DNA of 64,000 nucleotides from contig DASYYX010000064.1 of the NCBI GenBank assembly GCA_035946795.1, forward strand, positions 221,462 to 285,461, in the 5' to 3' direction. The position numbers and the translations under genes are program-made. The notes under the pieces were generated by a model. The model did not search any database and was not told where the DNA came from. It worked only from the letters and a program-made list of their open reading frames with translations. This document shows, piece by piece, positions 43,083 to 53,640 of this stretch (position 1 is the first letter of the stretch; every line of letters starts with the position of its first letter). Source of the DNA: Caulobacteraceae bacterium (lineage in GTDB: Bacteria; Pseudomonadota; Alphaproteobacteria; Caulobacterales; Caulobacteraceae).

Positions 43083-44846
43083 TCAGGCGAAGAGCTTGCG
43101 CAGCTCCGGCTTGAGGATCTTGCCGTTGGCGTTGCGGGGCAGGGTCTCGCGCCAGAAGCGGACTTTCACGGGCACTTTGAACGCCGCCAGCCGTTCGGCG
43201 ACGAAGGCGCGAAGCTCGTCTTCGCTGGCCGAAGCGCCGGGCTTCAAGGTGACCACGGCGGCCGGCTCCTCGCCCAACGTCTTGTGCGCAATGCCGACCA
43301 CGGCAGCGTCCATGACCGCCGGGTGGTCATAGAGGGCGTTCTCAACCTCGATGCAGTAGATGTTCTCGCCGCCGCGGATGAGCATGTCCTTGGCCCGGTC
43401 GATGATATAGCAGAAGCCCTCCTCGTCCAGGCGGGCGAGGTCGCCGGTCTTGACCCAGCCCTCATGAAACGTCTGGGCGGTCGCCTCCGGCTTCATCCAG
43501 TAGCCCTTCACCACCTGCGGGCCTTTGCACCAGAGCTCGCCCACGGCGCCGGTCGGCAATTCGCGCTCGCTCTCCGGGTCCACGATCTTCAAATCGGTGA
43601 CAGCCACGGCGGGGCCGCAGGAGTCGGGCCGGCGCTCGTAATCCTCGGCGCCGTGGCTTGTCGCCGTGGCGCTCGTCTCCGTCATGCCCCAGCCCTGGCC
43701 GGCTTCCGATTTCGGGAAGGTTTCCTTGATCCGCCGCACCAGCTCCGGCGCGCACGGCGCGCCGCCGTAGGAGACCGAGACGAGCGAGGAGAGATCGTAT
43801 TTGTCGCGCTCCGGGTGCTCGATCAGCTGCCAGGCGATGGTCGGGACGCCGCCGGCCGCCGCGATCTTCTCGCGCTCGATCAGTTCGAAGGCGCGGATCG
43901 CGTCCCACCTGTGCATCATCACGAGCTTGGCGCCGCCGAAGAGGCTCGGGTTGAGGACGGCGAAACAGCCGGTGGCGTGAAAGAACGGCACCGACAGCAG
44001 GCTGGACCGCTGCGCTTCCGGATCGGCCGCAGGCGGAGTTTCGCCACGGCGCAGGAACGAGCGCGCCGCCGAGAAGGCGCCGGCGATGATGTTGGAGTTG
44101 ATGTTGCGCTGGGTGGCGAGCGCTCCCTTCGGCTTACCCGTAGTGCCGGAGGTGTAGAAGATGGTGGCGTCATCCTCGGGGCCGATATCGACTGCGGGAA
44201 GAGCGCGCTCCGGTAACATCGCCCAATCCTGCGGCCCGCCGATGACATCCTCGAGTTTGACCACGAGCGGGCTGGCCACCTCTTCGGCTTCGCGGGCCAC
44301 GAACACGCGCTCCAGCTCCGGGCACCGAGACAGGTGCTCGGCCAGGCGCTCCAGGCGCTCGGCATCGACGATCGCCACTTTGGAGCCGGAGTCGACGAGC
44401 CCGTACTCGAGCTCCGGTCCGGTCCACCACGCGTTCAGCGGCGTGACGATCGCGCCGATCGCGGCGGCGGCGTAGAACGCCACGGGCCACTCTGGAAGAT
44501 TGCGCATCACCACGGCCACTCGGTCGCCTTTCTCCACCCCCTCTTCGGCAAGGCGGTGCGCCAGGTGGGCGACGGCGCGGAAGAAGGCCTCGAAGCTGAC
44601 GCGCTCGTCCTCGTACACGAGGAAGATGCGCTCGCCGAAAGCCCGTCCACCCTCGACGACGGCGCGCAGTGACGGCGGGGCGTTCTTCCACACGCGCGTC
44701 GGCACGCCCCGGATCACGACCTCCTCCATCTCGCACGGCATGCCAGGCGCGGTGAGTATGGCGGTGGCTTCGGCGAGCGACATCGCCGGCCAGGCCGGTT
44801 TGGCGTCGTCGGTCTCGAGAGCAGGGTCGGAGGTCTTCACATCCAT
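43083..44846 (-). CDS. Long-chain fatty acid--CoA ligase (AMP-binding enzyme)
   Basis: AMP-binding motifs TIFYTSGTTGKPKGA, GWGMTE, TGDLARLDEEGFCYIIDRAKD and the C-terminal NANGKILK. Confidence 0.9.
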   Translation of the reverse strand: MDVKTSDPALETDDAKPAWPAMSLAEATAILTAPGMPCEMEEVVIRGVPTRVWKNAPPSLRAVVEGGRAFGERIFLVYEDERVSFEAFFRAVAHLAHRLAEEGVEKGDRVAVVMRNLPEWPVAFYAAAAIGAIVTPLNAWWTGPELEYGLVDSGSKVAIVDAERLERLAEHLSRCPELERVFVAREAEEVASPLVVKLEDVIGGPQDWAMLPERALPAVDIGPEDDATIFYTSGTTGKPKGALATQRNINSNIIAGAFSAARSFLRRGETPPAADPEAQRSSLLSVPFFHATGCFAVLNPSLFGGAKLVMMHRWDAIRAFELIEREKIAAAGGVPTIAWQLIEHPERDKYDLSSLVSVSYGGAPCAPELVRRIKETFPKSEAGQGWGMTETSATATSHGAEDYERRPDSCGPAVAVTDLKIVDPESERELPTGAVGELWCKGPQVVKGYWMKPEATAQTFHEGWVKTGDLARLDEEGFCYIIDRAKDMLIRGGENIYCIEVENALYDHPAVMDAAVVGIAHKTLGEEPAAVVTLKPGASASEDELRAFVAERLAAFKVPVKVRFWRETLPRNANGKILKPELRKLFA

Positions 44847-44919
44847 GGCGAAGTCATGTGTGCGGGAGTGGCCCTCGGCGCAAGCACGCCATCACCCCAG
44901 CTCGCGAAATCCAGAGCCG

Positions 44920-47900
44920 CTAGGCGGCGCGAGCCGTCTCGGCGGTCGCGATCCTGGCGAGGTCCTGCAGAATGCGCTCGGCGGCGGCAAGGCGCGCTTT
45001 GGGGCTTTCCCACTCGCCTTTGACGAGCACCGTCTGATCGGGCCTGAGGCGCCAGGCGCCGGCCGCTTTCTGGATGAAAGTGATCAGGCCACCGGGGTTG
45101 TCGAAACGGTCGCCACGGAAGCCGACCACGGCGCCCTTGGGACCGACATCGATACGGGCCACGTTCGCCTCGCGGCACAACCCCTTGATCGCCACCACAC
45201 GGAGCAGCTGGTCGGCTTCCGGCGGCAACGGGCCGAAGCGATCGATGAGCTCCGCGGCCAGGGCCTCGCGGTCCTCCGGGCTTTCGGCGTCGGAAAGGCG
45301 GCGATAAAGCGACAGGCGGACGTTCAGATCCGGCACATAGGGTTCGGGGATCAGCACCGCCGCGCCAGTGTTGATCTGGGGCGACCAGCCGCGGTCCGGA
45401 AGGATCGGTTCGGCGTCCCTGGACTTCAGTTCGGCGACGGCCTCTTCCAGCATCTGCTGGTAGAGCTCGACCCCGATCTCGCGGATATGACCCGACTGCT
45501 CTTCGCCAAGCAGGTTGCCACCGCCGCGGATGTCGAGATCGTGACTCGCGAGCTGGAATCCGGCGCCGAGGCTGTCGAGGGACTGCAGCACCTCCAATCG
45601 CCTCTGGGCGGCCACGGTGATCGAACGATCCAGAGGCGTGGTCAGATAGGCGTAGGCCCGCGGCTTGGCTCGCCCTACCCGCCCGCGCAGTTGGTAGAGT
45701 TGGGCCAGGCCGAACATGTCGGCGCGGTGCACGACGAGGGTGTTGGCGGTGGGGATGTCGAGGCCTGACTCGACGATGCTGGTCGAGAGCAGCACGTCGT
45801 AGCGGCCCTCGTAATAGGCCGCCATGACATCCTCCAGCTCCGCCGAGCCGAGCTGGCCGTGACCGACGACGAATTTCACCTCGGGGACCTGTTCGCGCAG
45901 GAACTTGGCGAGATCCGGCAGGTCGGCGATCCGCGGCGCCACGTAGTAGGCTTGGCCGCCGCGGTACTTCTCGCGCAGCAAGGCTTCGCGGATGGCGACC
46001 GGGTCCCACGGAGTGACGTAGGTGCGCACCGCCAATCGGTCCACCGGCGGGGTGGCGATGATCGACATCTCACGGATGCCCGAAAGGGCCATCTGCAGGG
46101 TGCGCGGGATGGGAGTGGCCGTCAGGGTCATGACGTGGACCTCGGCGCGCAGCGCCTTGAGCGCTTCCTTGTGCTTGACGCCGAAGTGCTGCTCCTCGTC
46201 GACGACCACCAGGCCCAGGTCCTTGAAGCGGACGCCCTTTGAAAGCAGAGCGTGGGTGCCGATGACGACATCGATCTCGCCCTTCTCGAGGGCGGAGCGG
46301 GTCTTGCTCGCCTCGGCCGGCGCCACCAGGCGCGACAGGCGGCCCAGGCGCACCGGCCAGCCGGAGAAGCGCTCCTGGAAGGTGGCGAAGTGCTGTCGGG
46401 CAAGCAGAGTGGTGGGGCAGATGACCGCCACTTGCCGCCCACTCATGGCCATGACAAAGGCCGCGCGCAGCGCCACCTCGGTCTTGCCGAAGCCGACATC
46501 CCCGCAAACGAGCCGATCCATCGGTTTGCCGGAAGCGAGGTCACCAAGGACGTCGCCGATGGCGGCCAACTGGTCGTCCGTCTCTTCGTATGGAAACCGG
46601 GCGCAGAACTCGTCGTAGAGACCGTGCGGCGGTTGCGCGATCTCAACCTCCCGCGTCGCCCGCGCCGCGGCGATGGCGATGAGACCCTCGGCCATGTCGC
46701 GCAGCCGCGCCTTCGCCCGTGACTTGCGCGCCTGCCAGGCGGCGCCTCCGAGCCGGTCCAGGGCAACACCCTCGGCCTCGGCCCCATAACGCGTCAGCAG
46801 GTCGATGTTTTCGACCGGCAGGTAGAGCTTGGCGGCGTCGGCGTAGTGCAGCTCCAGACAGTCGCGCGGCGCCTCCATCACTGCCAAGGTCTTGAGGCCC
46901 TCGTAGCGGCCGATCCCGTGGTCGATGTGGACCACGAGGTCCCCGGGAGTGAGCGCGCTAGCCTCCGCCAGGAAGTTGGCGGCGCGGCGGCGGCGACGCG
47001 GCCGGGCCAGGCGGTCGCCGAGAATGTCGGTTTCCGAGATCACGGCCAGCGACGGCGTCTCGAAGCCGGCGTCCAGCGGCAGGACGGCGCGCTTGGGGAC
47101 CTTCGGATCGGCCGCCAGCGCCGCCTGCCAATAGGGTGCGAAGTCGACGTCGATCAGGCCATGGTCGGCGAGCATCGTCGCCAGCCGCTCCGAAGAACCG
47201 CCGGACCAGGACGCGAACAACACCCGCTTGCCTTCACCGATGAGGTTGCGGGCGTGGTCGACGGCGGCCTCGAACAGGTGGGCGCTGTCGGCGGCCCGTT
47301 CGGCGGCGAAATTGCGCGACAGCTTGCCACCGAGGTCGCGCCGCCCCTCGGCCGGAACGCTCTGGAACGGTGAGAAAATCCGCACGGGCCGGCTCGCCAA
47401 GGCCGCGTCCCACTCCTGGTTCGAGAGGTAGAGGGCGTCCGGCGGCAGCGGGTGATAGGCGATTGCGCGTTCGCTGCTGTTCCTGGCCTCGTAGGCGTCC
47501 AGGATCATCGCCAGGCGATCGTCGCGCGCGTCGCGGGCGAGGTGATCGAGAGCGACCAGAGCCTCGGCCGGCAGATAGTCGAACAAGGTCTCCAGACGGT
47601 CGTAATAGAGGGGCAGCCAGTGCTCCATGCCGCCCCGACGACCGCCTTCGCTCACCGTGGCGAAGAGGGGATCGTCCCTGGGCGCGCCGAAATGGGCGCG
47701 AAAGCCGGTTCGGAAGCGGGCAATCGCCGCTTCGTCGAGCAGGGCCTCGCTGACCGGCAGCAGGTCGACGGCCTCGAGCCGCCCGGTCGAGCGTTGGCTC
47801 TCCGGGTCGAAGGCGCGGATGGCTTCCAGCGTGTCGCCGAAGAGATCGAGACGGACCGGCTGGTCGGCGCCGGGCGGGAAGACGTCGATGACGCCGCCGC

Positions 47901-48408
47901 GAACGGCGAACTCGCCTTTTTCCGAGACGGTCGAGGCGCGGTGATAGCCGTTGATGGCGAAGTAGCGCTCGAGGTCGGCCATGGCGACGGTGGCGCCGAG
48001 GGCGGTCGAATAGCCTGCCTTTCCGATGACATCGCGCGGCGGCACGCGCTGCAGGCTGGCGGCGGCGGTGGCGACGAGGATCGCGCTCTTGCGGGAGTCG
48101 ATCGGCCGCAGCAGGCGCGCCAGCGCCGCCATACGCCGCGCCGACACCGCGGCCGAAGGCCCGACCCGGTCGTACGGCAGACAGTCCCAGGCCGGGAAGT
48201 CGATCACCTCGATCTCGGGAGCGAAGAACGCCAGCGCTCCGGTGAAGGCGGCGGCGCGGCCGGCGTCGCGGGCGACAAAGAGCGCGAGGCCACGGCGGGC
48301 GCGCGCCAGGTCGGCCATGACGAGCGCGTCGAAACCCTCCGGTGCTCCGGTGAGCGTCAGCTCGCCCGGCGCGGCGGCGATCTCCTTGACGAGGTTGCTG
48401 GCGGCCAT
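44920..48408 (-). CDS. mfd: Transcription-repair coupling factor
   Basis: 1162 aa. Contains the helicase motifs MDRLVCGDVGFGKTEVA, VVDEEQHFGV and LYQLRGRVGR, plus a UvrB-homology N-terminus. Confidence 0.95.
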   Translation of the reverse strand: MAASNLVKEIAAAPGELTLTGAPEGFDALVMADLARARRGLALFVARDAGRAAAFTGALAFFAPEIEVIDFPAWDCLPYDRVGPSAAVSARRMAALARLLRPIDSRKSAILVATAAASLQRVPPRDVIGKAGYSTALGATVAMADLERYFAINGYHRASTVSEKGEFAVRGGVIDVFPPGADQPVRLDLFGDTLEAIRAFDPESQRSTGRLEAVDLLPVSEALLDEAAIARFRTGFRAHFGAPRDDPLFATVSEGGRRGGMEHWLPLYYDRLETLFDYLPAEALVALDHLARDARDDRLAMILDAYEARNSSERAIAYHPLPPDALYLSNQEWDAALASRPVRIFSPFQSVPAEGRRDLGGKLSRNFAAERAADSAHLFEAAVDHARNLIGEGKRVLFASWSGGSSERLATMLADHGLIDVDFAPYWQAALAADPKVPKRAVLPLDAGFETPSLAVISETDILGDRLARPRRRRRAANFLAEASALTPGDLVVHIDHGIGRYEGLKTLAVMEAPRDCLELHYADAAKLYLPVENIDLLTRYGAEAEGVALDRLGGAAWQARKSRAKARLRDMAEGLIAIAAARATREVEIAQPPHGLYDEFCARFPYEETDDQLAAIGDVLGDLASGKPMDRLVCGDVGFGKTEVALRAAFVMAMSGRQVAVICPTTLLARQHFATFQERFSGWPVRLGRLSRLVAPAEASKTRSALEKGEIDVVIGTHALLSKGVRFKDLGLVVVDEEQHFGVKHKEALKALRAEVHVMTLTATPIPRTLQMALSGIREMSIIATPPVDRLAVRTYVTPWDPVAIREALLREKYRGGQAYYVAPRIADLPDLAKFLREQVPEVKFVVGHGQLGSAELEDVMAAYYEGRYDVLLSTSIVESGLDIPTANTLVVHRADMFGLAQLYQLRGRVGRAKPRAYAYLTTPLDRSITVAAQRRLEVLQSLDSLGAGFQLASHDLDIRGGGNLLGEEQSGHIREIGVELYQQMLEEAVAELKSRDAEPILPDRGWSPQINTGAAVLIPEPYVPDLNVRLSLYRRLSDAESPEDREALAAELIDRFGPLPPEADQLLRVVAIKGLCREANVARIDVGPKGAVVGFRGDRFDNPGGLITFIQKAAGAWRLRPDQTVLVKGEWESPKARLAAAERILQDLARIATAETARAA

Positions 48409-48417
48409 GGATGCGAG

Positions 48418-48684
48418 CTAGACCGTGCGCGCCCGATCGAGGGCGAACGCGCGAAGTCTGGCGAAGAGCGCATCGTCGTAGGCGGCGGGCACGGGCGCCT
48501 CGCCCCGCACCCAGGCCCACACATCCTGCTCGTTGGCTTCGAGCAGGCGCTCGAGGCTGGCGAGGTCGCTCTCGCCGAGTTCATGGGCGTGCGCATCCGC
48601 GAACGGCCCGAAAATCAGGTCCGCTTCCAGGAAGCCGCGACGCCAGGCCCTGAGCCTGGCTCTCTTCACCCGCACATCGTCCAT
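48418..48684 (-). CDS. sdhE: FAD assembly factor SdhE (succinate dehydrogenase assembly factor 2)
   Basis: RLRAWRRGFLEADLIFGPFA...DLASLERLLEANEQDVWAWV carries the SdhE family RGxxE motif. The protein is 88 aa. Confidence 0.85.
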   Translation of the reverse strand: MDDVRVKRARLRAWRRGFLEADLIFGPFADAHAHELGESDLASLERLLEANEQDVWAWVRGEAPVPAAYDDALFARLRAFALDRARTV

Positions 48685-48752
48685 GAGGGCCGCCCGATAT
48701 AGGGCCGCAGGCGGCGCGACGCCACCGTCCCACCGTCGCGTCGAACGGCGCT

Positions 48753-50843
48753 ATGGTTCCGGCGATGCGGCCGGAGATTCTCTTTCCGCTGTTTGCGCCG
48801 GTGACCTCGATCCGGGGCGTCGGCGCGCGCCTGGCCAAGCCGCTGGAGCGGCTGGCCGGGCCGAGGGTCCGCGACGTGCTCTTTCTTGCGCCCACGGCCC
48901 TGGTCAAGCGGCGCGCGACGACGGTGCGTGAAGCCCACCCCGGCGAGGTGGCGACGCTGACGCTCACCATCGACCATCATCAGCGTCCCAGGCGCTTCGG
49001 CCAGCCATGGCGCATCCGCGCCTCCGACCGCTCCGGTGGCGTCAACCTCATCTGGTTCAAGGGCTACGGCCCGCACCTCGAAACCTCCAATCCGCCCGGC
49101 TCGGTCCGGATCGTCAGCGGCAAGATCGAGCCCGACGCCTATGGCGGTGGGCTGCAGATCATCCATCCGGACTATTTCCTGCCGCCGGAACGGGCCGCCG
49201 AGGTCCGCGAGCTCGAGCCGGTGTACCCGCTCACCGAGGGCCTCACCTTCCGCGTCCTGCAACGCCTCGTGCGCGAGGCGCTGACGCGGGCGCCCGACCT
49301 GTCCGAATGGATCGATCCGGCTTTCATCGCGGCGCAGAACTGGCCCACCTGGAAGAGTTCGGTCGAGAAGCTGCATGCGCCGACCGGCGAGGCCGACATC
49401 GCCCCCCACGCGCCGCACCGGCGCAGGCTGGCCTTCGACGAACTCCTGGCGCACCAGCTGGCGTTGGGCGGTCGCAAGCGCCGGCGGCGGTCGGAGGGCG
49501 GGGCCGCCATCGGCCCCAGCGCCGTGGCCGAGCGGGTGCGCGCCGCCCTCCCCTTCTCGCTCACCGGCGACCAAACCCGGGCCCTGGCCGAAGTGCGCGC
49601 CGACCTCGGCGAGGGGGCGCGGATGACGCGGCTGCTGCAAGGCGATGTCGGCTCGGGCAAGACCGTGGTGGCGATGCTGGCGATGGCCGATGTCGCCGCC
49701 GCCGGCCGCCAGAGCGCCCTGATGGCGCCAACCGAGATCCTGGCGCGCCAGCACTTCGATACTCTCGCCCCGCCGCTTCGCCAGGCGGGCGTCGAGACGG
49801 TGTTGCTCACCGGCCGCGACAAGGGCGCCGGCAGGCGCAAGAAGCTCGAACTCCTGTCCTCCGGCGCGGCGGCGGTCGCGGTGGGCACGCACGCCCTTTT
49901 TCAGGACGAGGTCGCCTTCGCCAACCTCGCCCTGACCGTCATCGACGAACAACACCGCTTCGGCGTCAACGAGCGCGCCCGCCTGCAGGCCAAGGGCGAG
50001 GCGGCCCATTTCCTGGCCATGTCGGCGACGCCCATCCCGCGCACTCTGGAGCTGACGCTCTACGGCGACCTCGACGTCTCGCGCATCCGCCAAAAGCCGC
50101 CGGGCCGCACGCCGGTCGACACCCGCGCCGCGCCGATGACGCGACTCGGCCAGGTGGTGGAGCGGCTCCGGCAGGCGATCGACGCCGGGGCGCAGGCATA
50201 CTGGATCTGCCCGCTGATCGAAGGCAGCGAGGATTCCGACCTGGCGGCCGCCGAGGCCCGCGCCGCGGCGCTGAAACAGACTCTCGGGGCGGAGCGCGTC
50301 GGCCTTATCCACGGACGCCTGCCGGCCGCCGAAAAGGACCAAGCCATGGCCGACTTCGCCGAGGGCCGGACCGCGGTCCTGGTGGCCACAACCGTGGTCG
50401 AGGTCGGCATGGACGTGCCCGCCGCCTCGATCATGGTGATCGAGCAGGCCGAGCGCTTCGGCCTGGCGCAGCTCCATCAGCTGCGCGGCCGGGTCGGACG
50501 AGGCGCGGCGGCGTCGAGCTGTGTGCTCCTCTACGACCATCCGCTCTCGGACATCGCCAGCCGGCGCCTCGACATCCTGCGGCGCACCCAGGACGGTTTT
50601 GTCATCGCCGAGAAGGACCTCGAGTTGCGCGGCGGCGGCGACCCGCTCGGGCTACGTCAAAGCGGCTTCCCGGACTACCGGCTGGCCGATCCCATCGCCC
50701 ATGGCGACCTCGTTCGCGCCGCCGCCGACCACGCCCGCCTCATCCTATCGCGCTTTCCCGGCCTGCAGGGCGAGGGCGCCGCGCCGGCGCGCGTTCTCAC
50801 TGGGTTGTTCGACTGGCGGCCCGAGGGCGGCGAAGCGGGCTGA
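48753..50843 (+). CDS. recG: ATP-dependent DNA helicase RecG
   Basis: RLLQGDVGSGKT, VIDEQHRFGV, MSATPIPRT and LHQLRGRVGRG are RecG helicase motifs. The start is 48753 or ATG 48765. Confidence 0.95.
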   Translation: MVPAMRPEILFPLFAPVTSIRGVGARLAKPLERLAGPRVRDVLFLAPTALVKRRATTVREAHPGEVATLTLTIDHHQRPRRFGQPWRIRASDRSGGVNLIWFKGYGPHLETSNPPGSVRIVSGKIEPDAYGGGLQIIHPDYFLPPERAAEVRELEPVYPLTEGLTFRVLQRLVREALTRAPDLSEWIDPAFIAAQNWPTWKSSVEKLHAPTGEADIAPHAPHRRRLAFDELLAHQLALGGRKRRRRSEGGAAIGPSAVAERVRAALPFSLTGDQTRALAEVRADLGEGARMTRLLQGDVGSGKTVVAMLAMADVAAAGRQSALMAPTEILARQHFDTLAPPLRQAGVETVLLTGRDKGAGRRKKLELLSSGAAAVAVGTHALFQDEVAFANLALTVIDEQHRFGVNERARLQAKGEAAHFLAMSATPIPRTLELTLYGDLDVSRIRQKPPGRTPVDTRAAPMTRLGQVVERLRQAIDAGAQAYWICPLIEGSEDSDLAAAEARAAALKQTLGAERVGLIHGRLPAAEKDQAMADFAEGRTAVLVATTVVEVGMDVPAASIMVIEQAERFGLAQLHQLRGRVGRGAAASSCVLLYDHPLSDIASRRLDILRRTQDGFVIAEKDLELRGGGDPLGLRQSGFPDYRLADPIAHGDLVRAAADHARLILSRFPGLQGEGAAPARVLTGLFDWRPEGGEAG

Positions 50844-50856
50844 GAAGCGCCGTTTT

Positions 50857-51004
50857 CTCTCCTTCCCCTCCTGGGGAGTGGCCGCCAGAACGGGCGGCCG
50901 GAGGGGGAAGCCCACATCTGCGGCGCCGTGGGATTGGCCTTCCCCACCCCGCTCGGCGCGCTGCGGCGCGCCGAGTCGACCCTCCACATGAAGGGGAGGG
51001 AGAG
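50857..51004. repeat. REP/MITE-like palindromic element (CCCTCC / GGGAGG-rich)
   Basis: Terminal inverted arms CTCTCCTTCCCCTCC (50857-50871) and AAGGGGAGGGAGAG (50991-51004), plus internal GGAGGGGGAAG / CCTTCCCCACC pairing. It is intergenic between recG and hldD. Confidence 0.55.
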
Positions 51005-51028
51005 TTTTCAGACGTCGCCGGCCCCCCA

Positions 51029-52033
51029 TCAGAGCGAGGGAGGATCAGTCTTTGAAAGATGACCGCGGACGTAGTCGGAAATTCCCTCCTCCAGGGTGGC
51101 GAACGGGGCCGCGTAGCCGGCCCCGCGCAGCCGTTCCATCCGGGCTTCGGTGAAGTACTGGTACCGCGGGGGCAGCTCCTGGGGCATGTCGACGTACTCG
51201 ATTCGCGGCTCGTAGCCAGCGGCGGCGAACACCGCCTCGGCCAAGGCCTTGAACGAACGCGCCTTGCCGGTCCCCAGATTGAAGACGCCGCTCACCTGCG
51301 GGTTGGCCGCGAGCCAGGCGACCACCTCGACGGCGTCGCCGACGTAAACGAAGTCGCGCTGCTGGCCGCCGTCCGGCCAGGCGGCTTCGTAGGAGCGGAA
51401 GAGTCGGACGGCGCGGCCGGCGGCGACATCCGGCCAGATCTGCGCCGCCACCGACCGCATCGGCCCCTTGTGCCCCTCGCCCGGCCCGTAGACGTTGAAG
51501 AACTTCAACCCCGCCCATTGTGGCGGCGCCGACCCGCGGGCCGCCTCGCGGACGGCGAACAGATCGAACAGGGCCTTGGACCAGCCGTACGGGTTGAGCG
51601 GTCGCAGGGCGGCGAGCCAGTCGACGTCCTGGCGGTCGTCGAAGCCGTGGTCGCCGGCGCCGTAGGTCGCGGCCGAGGAGGCCCACAGGAACCGCCGCCC
51701 GTTGTCGGCGCACCAGCGCCAGAGGTCGCGCGACAGGCCGAAGTTGACCCCCATCACCTTGTCGACATCGGGATCGGTGGTGGACGAAACCGCGCCCATG
51801 TGGATGACGAGCTCGACCTCGCCGCCGCGACCGCGGAGCCATTCCCGGAGCGCCTCGGGGGCGATCAGATCGGCGATCGGCAAAGCGGAGAGATTTCGCC
51901 ACTTGCCGGTCTGGACCTCATCGAGCCAGTCGCAGACGACGACGTCCCCGTCGGACGCCTCACAGAGCCTGCGGACGATGTTGGAGCCGATGAAACCGGC
52001 CCCGCCGGTGACCAGGACCGTGCGGCGGCTCAC
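51029..52033 (-). CDS. hldD: ADP-glyceromanno-heptose 6-epimerase
   Basis: The Rossmann motif VLVTGGAGFIGSN and the SDR YGWSK motif. At 334 aa it is adjacent to and overlapping hldE. Confidence 0.9.
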   Translation of the reverse strand: MSRRTVLVTGGAGFIGSNIVRRLCEASDGDVVVCDWLDEVQTGKWRNLSALPIADLIAPEALREWLRGRGGEVELVIHMGAVSSTTDPDVDKVMGVNFGLSRDLWRWCADNGRRFLWASSAATYGAGDHGFDDRQDVDWLAALRPLNPYGWSKALFDLFAVREAARGSAPPQWAGLKFFNVYGPGEGHKGPMRSVAAQIWPDVAAGRAVRLFRSYEAAWPDGGQQRDFVYVGDAVEVVAWLAANPQVSGVFNLGTGKARSFKALAEAVFAAAGYEPRIEYVDMPQELPPRYQYFTEARMERLRGAGYAAPFATLEEGISDYVRGHLSKTDPPSL

Positions 52034-53520
52034 GCCCTCGCCTTGGCGCGCTCGATGGCCGCCGTGGTCGAGTGGCCGTCGACGAAGGCGGCGATGCGCA
52101 CCTCTCCGCCCCAGGACTCGACGAGCTCTCGACCAACCACCTCATCGGGCCGGTAGTCGCCGCCCTTGACGAGGATGTCGGGGCGGATCTGGCGGATCAG
52201 GGCCTCTGGCGTCGCCTCCTCGAAGGGCGCCACCAGGTCGACGCAACCGAGCGCCGCCACCACCAGGGCCCGCGCCTCGAGCGTGTTCACCGGCCGGCCT
52301 TCACCCTTGACGCGGCGCACCGAGGCGTCGCTGTTCAGCGCCACGATCAGGCGGTCGCACCAGGTCCGCGCCTGGGTGAGGTAGGCGATGTGGCCGGGAT
52401 GGAGGATGTCGAAGCAGCCGTTGGTGAAACCCACCTTGAGGCCGCGTTCGCGCCAGCCGGCGGTCTCGGCGGCGGCGCGGTCGGCAGTAACGATCTTGGC
52501 CTCGGCCGGGGCGAGGTGGGCCGCCAGCAATGCCTCGATCAACTCGTCCGGCGTGACCGTGGCCGTGCCGGGCTTCTCCACCGCCACGCCCGAGGCGAGG
52601 AGGGCGAAGTCGATGGCCAGTTCCATCGGCGCCCGCGCCGCCAGCGCCGCCCCCAGGGCCGCCAGGGCCGTATCTCCGGCGCCCGAGGCGTCGAACACGG
52701 CCGCCGGCGCTGCGTGGAAGTGACGCACGCCTTCGCCGCGGACGCCAAGGCTCATGCCCTTGCCAGCGCGGGTGACCAGGATGGCGCCCGCCGCGCACAG
52801 CGCCAGCGCTTGCGTCAGGGCCGTTTCGACATCGGTGTCGGTTTCGGTCGGCATGTCGGTGATCCGCGCCAACTCGGCCGCATTGGGCTTGATGACGTCG
52901 GCCTGGCCGTACCGGGCCAGCGCCTTGGCCTTGGAATCGACGATGATCGGCGCGCCCTGGGCGCGGCCGGCCTCGAGGCAGGCGGCGATCACCGCTTCGG
53001 TGACCACGCCCTTGCCGTAGTCGGATACGAGGATGGCGCCCGCGCCCCGGGCGGCGTCGCGGATTGTGCGCGAAAGACGCTGCTCCAGCTCGGCGGCGAT
53101 CGGGCAGGTGTCCTCGTGATCGACGCGCAGCAGCTGCTGCCCGCCGCAGATGAAGCGGGTCTTGGTGGTGGTGGCGCGCGACTTGTCGGGCACCAAGAAG
53201 CCTTCGATCAGTGGCTCGGCGGCGGCGAGCTTCATCGCCTCCGCGGCCGGTCCGTCAGCGCCGATGACGCCGACGAGACTGGCCTCGGCGCCGAGCGCTG
53301 CGAGATTGCGGGCGACGTTGCCGACCGCCCCGAGCATGACCGCGTCGCGCTGGCGGGCGAGGATCGGGACGGGCGCCTCGGCCGAGACCCGGCTGACCTC
53401 GCCGTAAACGAAGCGGTCGACCATCAGGTCGCCGACGGCGAGGACGCGCGTGCCAGCGACGCCGGCCAGCAGACGTTGAAGAGCGGAAAGATCCATCGGC
53501 AGGGCGTGCTTTCCCCTCAT
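52030..53520 (-). CDS. hldE: Bifunctional heptose 7-phosphate kinase / heptose 1-phosphate adenylyltransferase
   Basis: An N-terminal PfkB-type kinase (GAGDTALAAL) and a C-terminal cytidylyltransferase (GFTNGCFDILHPGHIAYL). An alternative start lies at 53496. Confidence 0.9.
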   Translation of the reverse strand: MRGKHALPMDLSALQRLLAGVAGTRVLAVGDLMVDRFVYGEVSRVSAEAPVPILARQRDAVMLGAVGNVARNLAALGAEASLVGVIGADGPAAEAMKLAAAEPLIEGFLVPDKSRATTTKTRFICGGQQLLRVDHEDTCPIAAELEQRLSRTIRDAARGAGAILVSDYGKGVVTEAVIAACLEAGRAQGAPIIVDSKAKALARYGQADVIKPNAAELARITDMPTETDTDVETALTQALALCAAGAILVTRAGKGMSLGVRGEGVRHFHAAPAAVFDASGAGDTALAALGAALAARAPMELAIDFALLASGVAVEKPGTATVTPDELIEALLAAHLAPAEAKIVTADRAAAETAGWRERGLKVGFTNGCFDILHPGHIAYLTQARTWCDRLIVALNSDASVRRVKGEGRPVNTLEARALVVAALGCVDLVAPFEEATPEALIRQIRPDILVKGGDYRPDEVVGRELVESWGGEVRIAAFVDGHSTTAAIERAKARA

Positions 53521-53640
53521 GGCGCCGTCAAATCGGAGCGGCGGAATCTCAAATCGAGGTCTCCAAGACGAGGGCGACGGCCGACCTCAGAAACGAATTC
53601 ACGTATGAAATCATGTCGTTGGTCGCCTATCTGAACAAAA

